From Azolla caroliniana (lineage: Eukaryota; Plantae; Polypodiophyta), in assembly GCA_043228905.1 (NCBI GenBank), contig JBHGNT010000015.1, positions 1,302,001 through 1,366,000 of the forward strand: a stretch of 64,000 nt of DNA, read 5' to 3'. Shown piece after piece: positions 1-7,320 of this stretch (position 1 is its first letter; every line of letters begins with the position of its first letter). Position numbers and translations under genes: made by a program. The notes under the pieces were generated by a model that worked only from the letters and a program-made list of their open reading frames with translations, did not search any database and was not told the origin of the DNA.

Positions 1-472
1 GGGGCTGCCGGAAGCACTCGGGCGTTCCTCGAAACAGCGCGAGCCTCCTCGGAACCCTGCACAGAAAGCTATGGAGCTCCAGAAGGAAGGAAACAGAGAG
101 AGAGAAGCGTCCAGAAACGGTCCGACAGCACTTCGTCCTCTCCGTCCCAGATCCCCCTGCAACAGCTCTTTCCCGCTCCTTATATAGGCCGTCGAGCAGG
201 CCGTCCTGTCAGCTTTATTCCCTGTCCCTTTTGGACAGGGATCCGCTCCGTTTTCCACGCATCCGCGTAGTTACGCCGCCGACTCGTACAGTTCGCGCGC
301 GCGACCGAAAAGACTGTTCGCGCGGTCTTTGTCTCCACTTGAGTTAGGGCCCGTTCCTGCCGATTATCCTCCCGATTCGCTTCTATGTACAACTTGGAGC
401 GTGCGCGCGTGAAGAACCGGTTCCCACGCCTTGGTGCGCCGATTCCGCCTATGGACGGTTTTCTTCACGACA
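1..472 (-). repeat. 3' LTR of element A (partial)
   Basis: Identical to 6494-6965 except C/T at 94 vs 6587; ends ...TCACGACA at 472. Confidence 0.97.
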
Positions 473-489
473 TCCGCCCCCACCTAACC
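473..489 (-). other. Polypurine tract of element A
   Basis: Minus strand GGTTAGGTGGGGGCGGA abuts the 3' LTR; near-identical tracts start at 33016 (D) and 40109 (E). Confidence 0.8.
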
Positions 490-543
490 GCGCATCCTCC
501 GGTATGCGCCAAGAGAGTTGGGACGGAGAAAACCGGCCCGTCT

Positions 544-3500
544 TCATTCCTCGCCCGTCGGTTCTTCCTCGTTTTCGGATCGTTCGTCACTGCCGACCAG
601 GAGAGCCGGGTCTGGCTCGTCGTCGTGTCGCTTCTTGAACGCTTTGATCCGCTTCCCTGCAATCGGTATCGCCACTCTCGTGCCGTCGAGTTCCGCCAGG
701 TGATATGTCCCGTTGTCATTGGCGCTCCGTACCACGTAGGGCCCGAACCACCTTCGTGCGAACTTCCGTGTAGCTCGGTGCTGGTTGTCGAGGCTGCTGT
801 CGTAGACGAGCACCCAGTCACCTTCTTCGATTTTCTTCGGTCGGAGCCGGTGCGTTCGGTCGAACCTGGCTTTGTTCTTTTTCCTCGCCACCCGGAGCTT
901 CTCCGTAGCCAGTTCCACGTCCTCCGGTCTCCGCTCGAGCTGTCGTATGCGCGCGGTCAACAACTCCTCCCGGCTCATCTCGTCCCTCCAGTCGACCGTC
1001 GCCCACGAGGAGATCGTCCGTTCCATCGGCATGATCGGCTTCTGGCCGAACATGAGCTCCGTCGGCATGTACCCGGTTACCGAACTGTGCGTGGTCCGGT
1101 CCGCCCACAAGGCATAAGGTAGCAGCCACGGCCAGTTACCGATTCGGCCTCTGCATGCCCGAACCAACGCCTTGACGATCGGTCCGTGTCCGCGCTCCAC
1201 CTTTCCATTCGCCTCCGGATTGTACGCAGTGGTGAGCGCGAGCTTGACTCCCAGCCGGTCGAACAGCTCCGCGGCTTCTTCGGCGTCCAACTCCCCTCGG
1301 TCAGCCACGATCTTCCCGACGCACCCGTACCGGCATATCACGTCCTCGATTAGGAACCGGCATACGGCCGCGGTCGTTTTGTTCGGAAGGGCCCGGCCTT
1401 CCACCTGGTTCGTCAGATCCTCCCGCGCTAGGACCAGGTACCGCATCTGTCCTACACCCATTGGCATCGTTACCAGATCTACCATCCATTTGAAATGGAT
1501 GGCCGGAGGGTACGTAGGGTGAAGCTCGTCTCGATGTCGGACTAAGGAGTGCATCTGGCAGCTCTCGCAAGTTGTCACGAACCGATGCACGTCCTGGTAC
1601 TGCCCCGGCCACCAATACTTCCCCTTCAGTTTCTCAAACGTAGCCCATGTTCCACGGTGTCCAGCCCAAGGGCTGTCGTGGTAGGCCGTCAGCAGCTCCT
1701 CCCGTTCTTCCTTCATCGCCACCACCCGGAGCGGAACGCCGTTCTTCTTCTTCGGGTGCTTCCATAGACAGCCATCCCGGAGAAAGAACCGGTACGCTCT
1801 CTTCCGGATCCGGTCGGCCTCGTCCTTCGTCCATGACGCATCGGGCGTCATTGTCTTCAAAAACCCACCGATCTGCAGCCACTCCCCGTCATACTTGCTC
1901 GCGTCGAAGTCGTTAAGCGCCGGAGTGCTTGTTCTGTCTGTTGTTACATACGCAGTCTCGAAGAAGTCCACGCCGACGTCTTCGTCCTCCGAAACCATGC
2001 CGCCCTCGTCATCGAATCTTGCCCTTGAAAGCATGTCGGCCATGGCGTTGTCTTTCCCGGAAATGTGTCGTATTTCCGGGTCCAGGGACTTGATGTACGC
2101 TATCCACCTGAGCATTGCCAGGTCCGGCGTCGCGCATCCGGAAATCATGCCGAGAATCGGCATGCAATCCGTCTCTATAATTACCTCTGTCCCGATCAGA
2201 TAGTCCTTGTCGGCCTTCACCGCCGAAACGATACCCCAGAGCTCGCGTTTAACCTGGGCGTATCCTCGCTGCCGTTCGCTGAGGACCTTCGCACCGAATC
2301 GGACCGGAAACCGATTGCCGTCCTCATCTTCTTGGTTGACGACCCACCCGATTCCGGTCGGACTCGTGTCAACCGTTATGTACACTGGGGTGCCCTTCCT
2401 GTAGACGGCCTTTCGGAGCGCCGGTGCTGCCGAAAGAGCCTCCTTCAGCTTCCGGACCGACTCCGTGTGCTTGTCTAGCCATTCGAATCTTCGCCCTTTC
2501 TTCAATAACCCGTACAGCGGCTCCGCGACGTGCGCGTAATGCGGGATCCATATGTGGTAGAATGCGCATGCCCCCAGGAATCTTCGTACTTCCGTGACCG
2601 AGCTGCAGTCGGGCTTCATCGCGGAGATGGCTTCTACCTTTGCCGGAGACGGTTTCCGGCCATACGACCCACACAAGTGTCCGACCACCATGATTTCCGA
2701 CTGTCCGAAGGCTGATTTCTCCCCCGAGAAGGTTAGCCTCGCATCCTCTAGCCTTTGCAGCACCTTCTCGCAGTCGTCGATGTGCGTTACCACGAATCGC
2801 CGGCATCCGTCCGGCCCGATCGTCTCGTCCTTCTCTTCTACCGGGCATCCCTTGATCGGGATGTCGTCTAGAAACGGCATGGTGATGTCCGGGATGCAGT
2901 CCCTCAGCACCTTGTTCATTGCATTCACCATGTGGGCCACCGAGTTGGTCCCTCCTTGCGGCAGCGTACACATCCGCACTAGGCCGAGGGGAGTTCGCAT
3001 CGTCGTAATGTCCCTGCTCTCCACGGCTAGCTGGAACTGGTCGTACCCTGAATATAGATCACCGACCGAGTAAATCGACCTTCCGGCGAAGGCCTCCGCG
3101 AACTCGTCTATGGTCGGTCCGATCCCCGCGTTCCGAATGGTCACTCTATTGACCGGCTGCAGGTCCTGAATGAAGCGCAATGATCCGTTTTTCTTTGGTA
3201 CGGTAAACCAGCGGTTCGAATACGGGGCGCTCGACGGCTCGAGAATGCCCATATCAACTTTCTGCTTCAACAGCTCCATCAACTTCGGGATGTGAGCTCT
3301 TGGAACCGAAATTGGCTTGAGATTCCACGGTACATGAGGTACCGTGAATATCACCATCGGCTCTACGATCGTCGGGTCCACGCACCCGATCTCCTCCGGC
3401 GAGAATGCGAAGGCTTTCCCGTGCCTTCCGAGCATTCTCCGGAACCGGTCTTCCTCCGCCGGCAGTAGGAACCCGCCCCCACCGATCTTCAGCTCGCGGA

Positions 3501-3900
3501 GCGTCTCGTTGGTGAAGGTGTGTCCTATGCAGGCCCGATCTCGTAAGCTGGGGTCCGATGCAACCCCTTTAATCCGGGATTCACTGTCCTCCGGTAAGGG
3601 CGCCGCAACTGGCCTCACCTTCCGGTCCACCGTCTTGTACTTGGTGCTCACTCGGGCCGTCCGTTCCGACTCGAGCCCTCGACCGAGGTCCGCGATGACT
3701 TCGTACATTTCTTCGGAACATACCGGTATCGTCCGGTCTTCGTTAAGGTCTTCTTCGACTACCTTCCCCAGCATTCCCAAGGTGTCGTCGAAGGAGACCG
3801 CCTCCACGGCTCCGTTGATTCCTTCGTCAGGGCCGAGAACTCCGCACGCCCGAAGTCTCCCCTCCGTCTTTGTTTTCTCTCGGCCGGTGATGCCGACCAT
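544..3900 (-). CDS. pol: Pol (RT, RNase H, integrase) of element A; frame stays open upstream to the frameshift site at about 4032
   Basis: 1118 aa. RT motifs DLYSGYDQ, LPQGGTNS, FLDD. RNase H VDTSPTG...RELWG...ETD...ADMLSR. Integrase zinc finger HDSPWAGH...CESC, catalytic VDLV/ADRG/VERGH, and GPY motif RWFGPY. Confidence 0.96.
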   Translation of the reverse strand: MVGITGREKTKTEGRLRACGVLGPDEGINGAVEAVSFDDTLGMLGKVVEEDLNEDRTIPVCSEEMYEVIADLGRGLESERTARVSTKYKTVDRKVRPVAAPLPEDSESRIKGVASDPSLRDRACIGHTFTNETLRELKIGGGGFLLPAEEDRFRRMLGRHGKAFAFSPEEIGCVDPTIVEPMVIFTVPHVPWNLKPISVPRAHIPKLMELLKQKVDMGILEPSSAPYSNRWFTVPKKNGSLRFIQDLQPVNRVTIRNAGIGPTIDEFAEAFAGRSIYSVGDLYSGYDQFQLAVESRDITTMRTPLGLVRMCTLPQGGTNSVAHMVNAMNKVLRDCIPDITMPFLDDIPIKGCPVEEKDETIGPDGCRRFVVTHIDDCEKVLQRLEDARLTFSGEKSAFGQSEIMVVGHLCGSYGRKPSPAKVEAISAMKPDCSSVTEVRRFLGACAFYHIWIPHYAHVAEPLYGLLKKGRRFEWLDKHTESVRKLKEALSAAPALRKAVYRKGTPVYITVDTSPTGIGWVVNQEDEDGNRFPVRFGAKVLSERQRGYAQVKRELWGIVSAVKADKDYLIGTEVIIETDCMPILGMISGCATPDLAMLRWIAYIKSLDPEIRHISGKDNAMADMLSRARFDDEGGMVSEDEDVGVDFFETAYVTTDRTSTPALNDFDASKYDGEWLQIGGFLKTMTPDASWTKDEADRIRKRAYRFFLRDGCLWKHPKKKNGVPLRVVAMKEEREELLTAYHDSPWAGHRGTWATFEKLKGKYWWPGQYQDVHRFVTTCESCQMHSLVRHRDELHPTYPPAIHFKWMVDLVTMPMGVGQMRYLVLAREDLTNQVEGRALPNKTTAAVCRFLIEDVICRYGCVGKIVADRGELDAEEAAELFDRLGVKLALTTAYNPEANGKVERGHGPIVKALVRACRGRIGNWPWLLPYALWADRTTHSSVTGYMPTELMFGQKPIMPMERTISSWATVDWRDEMSREELLTARIRQLERRPEDVELATEKLRVARKKNKARFDRTHRLRPKKIEEGDWVLVYDSSLDNQHRATRKFARRWFGPYVVRSANDNGTYHLAELDGTRVAIPIAGKRIKAFKKRHDDEPDPALLVGSDERSENEEEPTGEE

Positions 3901-3966
3901 CGTACATGCTCCGCTGTCGGAGAAGCAAATTTTCCTACCTATTGTACACGGTTTTATCGTACAGAT

Positions 3967-4032
3967 GTGGGGTTTTTCCGGAGCATCCGGACTGTCGCGG
4001 CCCCACGCCTTGGCAGTCCTCTCTAAAAATCC
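3967..4032 (-). promoter_or_regulatory. Predicted -1 ribosomal frameshift signal (slippery G GAU UUU plus H-type pseudoknot)
   Basis: Heptamer 4032-4026 directly precedes the gag TAG; pol is in the -1 frame and open through it. Stem GGACUG(4019-4014)/CAGUCC(3994-3989). Loop GUGGGG(4006-4001) is complementary to CCCCAC(3972-3967). Conserved in element D. Confidence 0.75.
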
Positions 4033-6176
4033 TCTCGGGTTTCGGAACCGAGGGAATCGCGGTTACGTTCGTGGTTCGGCCGTACCGTCAGAAACTGGAC
4101 CGAGTGGCGCCCGTCTTGGCTTTTGACCCTCGCGTAGGCCGAACCATTGTCCAGCACTTTGGTCTCCATTCGCGCCGCCGTGATGTACGGCTCTCCCAGA
4201 ATGACCGGATGCGAAGACGTCTCCTGCACGAAGAAGTGCTGGTCAATCTCGACGTCGCCGATCTTGACTCGCACATTCGGACAGGCCCCGTGCAGTTCCT
4301 CGGTGGCGCGCGTTGCTGCCCTTATTTTCCACCCGTGCTTGGTGTTGATCGGCCATTTGCCCTTCTTATAGAAGTCCATGGACATCAAATTGATCTCCGA
4401 TCCGTGGTCCACCAAAGCTATCACCGGTTCCCGGACATCGCCGATCTTCACCGGGGTCTCCGTGGTCGCTCGGGCCCAGTGTGGTCTCGAATAGTGGCTT
4501 TCCGCCCACTCGTCTCCCAGCGCCATGTCGTCTAGGTGCGTCGTCCGCACTTCCACCGGTCTTTCCGGTTCTGTCTCCGTCGACAGCCTCTTCCGTTTCA
4601 CCAAGTCCACGATGGAGTCGTGGAACTCCTTCTTGGCGATTCCCAGCACCTCTCGTAACGACAGCTCCACCTTGCTGTCGAGGATCCGTTCCTCCAGGAC
4701 CTTCCGTAAGTCCGTGGTCCTTTCTATCTCCGTCCCCAGACGGTACCCGCCCTTCTGGGGTTTATCTTGCGTGCCGGCCCCGCCGGCTTCGTCCCGTCGT
4801 GGCCCGGACCGGGTCTCGTATCGTTGTGAGGGCCCGGTCGTCCCGGGTTTCCCCACCCGCTTCTCTTCTACCAGAGCCTCGTAGTTCTGGCAAGCGGCTT
4901 CCACGAAGCCCGTCCGTTCCTCGACCGGGTCGCTCCACCCGGTCATCTCCCGTACCCGTTTCTCCGCACTGTCCGATTCCTCCCCTCTAAGCCTTGCACC
5001 GGCAAGGCCTTCCAGCATCGTCGGCCAGAATCCGGCTTTGCTTTCCCTTCGGGCCTCGCCGCCCCCGACTCGAATGCCGGCCGACGCCGAGTAGTGGACG
5101 GTTTCCGCGTGTCGGGCCGCCGCCTCTTCCATCAACCTTTTCATACCACCTTTTCCGTCGTTTCGGCTCAGGGCCCTTCGGGTGTCGCTGGCATGCACCC
5201 GTCCTTCCCACAGGTACACCACCCTGTCCCTCAGCGCCTCCGCGAAGTCGCCGCAGTCCTTCCGAATGTGGCCGACTTCATCGCACCACATGCACCTGTT
5301 TCCTGCCGCCGGCCGTCGGTCACGAGCCGGTTCGCCTCCTTCCCTTCGGGCCTGCGCGATTTGGAGGTCCTTTATCGCCTTCGTCAATTCCTCCAGCGCC
5401 GCTCCTCCGGTTGAGCCTCTGACTACGCCGGTCGAAGCCGAACCGGTTTCCAACCACTCCCGGGTCTCTTCCTTGCGCACCTGTGGCGCTGGTTCGAGCT
5501 TCCTTGCTGCGACCGAGCCCGACCCGGTCGCCCCGTTATCCGCCCATTCTCGCCGTTTGTCGAAACGGCCACAGACCTTCCTGACAGCCGCCCAGTCGGT
5601 AGTGAGCCCGTCTTCGGTTTCCAGCAAGAGTCCCACTTGCTCCCGATCCCGCTCGTCGACCGACTTGACAAACAGCAAGACCCGGCTCGTGTCCAGGATG
5701 GTTCGGTCGAGCGCCGAAAGGCGCGCAAAGTTTTCCTCGAACTCCCGGAGGAGCGCCGCCGCGTTTCTTCCCTTCCCCGGGGACTCCACCCATTCCATGA
5801 ACCTTCGCTTCGAAAGCCGGAGCGCGTCGTCCAGCCCGTATTTCTCTAGGAGCCGACCTTCGAACTCCTCCCAGGTACGGCTCTCCGTCCGCACCTCGAG
5901 CACCTCCGCATGGATGCTCGGCATCGCCACTCGGGGAAATCCGGCAAGACGCCTTTCCTCCGGAATGTCCCGCATCAGCATCTCTGCACCGTAGGACGCC
6001 AAATACTTCGTGGCATCCTTCCCATCGAACCGGCCGATCGTGCCGACGACCGCCTCAATAGCTCTGTCGAGGGCACCGGTGCTCTCGCGCGCGTTTACAA
6101 TCCGATCCACGGCCGAAGCCATGGCCTCTGCGAGATCCGACCCCCTCATCTTCTGCTCTTCTGCCGCCTCCTTCAC
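4023..6176 (-). CDS. gag: Gag-protease ORF of element A; likely real start is ATG 6149, since the GTG at 6176 lies inside the PBS
   Basis: Capsid-like N-terminus (GRFDGKDATKYL), CCHC knuckle CMWCDEVGHIRKDC, aspartic protease-like ALVDHGSEINLM...VILGEP at the C-terminus. Confidence 0.93.
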   Translation of the reverse strand: MKEAAEEQKMRGSDLAEAMASAVDRIVNARESTGALDRAIEAVVGTIGRFDGKDATKYLASYGAEMLMRDIPEERRLAGFPRVAMPSIHAEVLEVRTESRTWEEFEGRLLEKYGLDDALRLSKRRFMEWVESPGKGRNAAALLREFEENFARLSALDRTILDTSRVLLFVKSVDERDREQVGLLLETEDGLTTDWAAVRKVCGRFDKRREWADNGATGSGSVAARKLEPAPQVRKEETREWLETGSASTGVVRGSTGGAALEELTKAIKDLQIAQARREGGEPARDRRPAAGNRCMWCDEVGHIRKDCGDFAEALRDRVVYLWEGRVHASDTRRALSRNDGKGGMKRLMEEAAARHAETVHYSASAGIRVGGGEARRESKAGFWPTMLEGLAGARLRGEESDSAEKRVREMTGWSDPVEERTGFVEAACQNYEALVEEKRVGKPGTTGPSQRYETRSGPRRDEAGGAGTQDKPQKGGYRLGTEIERTTDLRKVLEERILDSKVELSLREVLGIAKKEFHDSIVDLVKRKRLSTETEPERPVEVRTTHLDDMALGDEWAESHYSRPHWARATTETPVKIGDVREPVIALVDHGSEINLMSMDFYKKGKWPINTKHGWKIRAATRATEELHGACPNVRVKIGDVEIDQHFFVQETSSHPVILGEPYITAARMETKVLDNGSAYARVKSQDGRHSVQFLTVRPNHERNRDSLGSETREDF

Positions 6177-6189
6177 GTCGGGTTCACCA
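6172..6189 (-). other. Primer-binding site complementary to tRNA-Trp
   Basis: Plus strand TTCACGTCGGGTTCACCA matches the 3' 18 nt of plant cytosolic tRNA-Trp(CCA) as I recall it; 4 nt from the LTR. Confidence 0.88.
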
Positions 6190-6193
6190 AAGA

Positions 6194-6965
6194 TGTCGTG
6201 ATATTAAGCAAGTGCGTGTGGAATCGAGGCGGGACCGCGGGGGTCTCGAACCAAAGAGCAAGCGAGGGAGGAGAAAGAGAGAGAACCGGCTACGCAGGAC
6301 CGGGGATACACAGGGACACGGCCCTTCAGCACGGAGAACGCGGACAGAGACCGACACAGACAGATGTGAATGACTTAATATGTATATTAAGAAAATGGCT
6401 AATCACGACTACAACCCTCGACGGGGCACAGGTTGGTTACAACCGAACAGGCCGGCGAACAGATGCCGATGCCTGTTCACTTCGACGCACAAAGGGGCTG
6501 CCGGAAGCACTCGGGCGTTCCTCGAAACAGCGCGAGCCTCCTCGGAACCCTGCACAGAAAGCTATGGAGCTCCAGAAGGAAGGAAATAGAGAGAGAGAAG
6601 CGTCCAGAAACGGTCCGACAGCACTTCGTCCTCTCCGTCCCAGATCCCCCTGCAACAGCTCTTTCCCGCTCCTTATATAGGCCGTCGAGCAGGCCGTCCT
6701 GTCAGCTTTATTCCCTGTCCCTTTTGGACAGGGATCCGCTCCGTTTTCCACGCATCCGCGTAGTTACGCCGCCGACTCGTACAGTTCGCGCGCGCGACCG
6801 AAAAGACTGTTCGCGCGGTCTTTGTCTCCACTTGAGTTAGGGCCCGTTCCTGCCGATTATCCTCCCGATTCGCTTCTATGTACAACTTGGAGCGTGCGCG
6901 CGTGAAGAACCGGTTCCCACGCCTTGGTGCGCCGATTCCGCCTATGGACGGTTTTCTTCACGACA
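6194..6965 (-). repeat. 5' LTR of element A (772 bp)
   Basis: 8-bp terminal inverted repeat TGTCGTGA/TCACGACA; minus-strand TATA CCTATATAAGG at 6671-6681; perfect 9-bp hairpin at 6712-6734. Confidence 0.96.
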
Positions 6966-7090
6966 ACGGGAATAGATCTTCACTATGGATAGTGGATATA
7001 CAAGAACAGAGAGGATTATAGCACTCTTATGAGTGGATCAGCCACACAGGGCTTTTCGCATCTGCTGTTACTCAGACAACTATGGCGTGG
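6966..7090 (-). repeat. Fragment of the 3' LTR of Copia B (insertion target of element A)
   Basis: ACGGGAATAGATCTTCACTATGGATAGTGG... is collinear with 14491-14610 inside LTR 14376-14962. Confidence 0.88.
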
Positions 7091-7284
7091 TGTCGAATAC
7101 GAGTGTATAATGGCTGTATTCACACTATCCCTTTGGACAACCCAAGTTTGGGCTATTTCTGTAAATAGCATAAAGGGCAGTTGCCCTAGGACAGTCACTA
7201 TATAAAGTGACTTTGTAACCTTTAGAAAAGGTTAGTTGTCATTCTTTGTAACTGTTGCTATTGGAATATAACGTTTTCTTTGTC

Positions 7285-7320
<36 letters not shown>

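Larger units (their letters stand above)
1..6965 (-). mobile_element. Ty3/Gypsy LTR retrotransposon A: autonomous, apparently intact, non-chromovirus, tRNA-Trp primed; 3' LTR cut by the window edge
   Basis: 1-472 repeats 6494-6965 with one mismatch seen. Full LTR 6194-6965 has TGTCGTGA...TCACGACA ends. PBS at 6172-6189, PPT at about 473-489. Uninterrupted gag-PR and RT-RH-IN ORFs in Gypsy domain order; no chromodomain. Confidence 0.97.

Noticed and set aside
473-543. env-like or chromodomain ORF in the A/D family
   Set aside because: Only about 70 bp lie between the pol stop and the 3' LTR, and the integrase ends in a short acidic tail
6172-6189. tRNA-like sequences (also 38715, 43582, 54679 and the TGGTATCA sites)
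   Set aside because: Only the 12-18 nt matching tRNA 3' ends including CCA, adjacent to LTRs; these are PBSs, not tRNA genes
385-6680. Many long plus-strand ORFs over element A, and likewise over D and E (e.g. 385-1122, 3344-4126, 5182-5994, 39975-40943)
   Set aside because: Antisense shadow ORFs expected in GC-rich coding DNA; no recognisable motifs and boundaries not conserved between A and D
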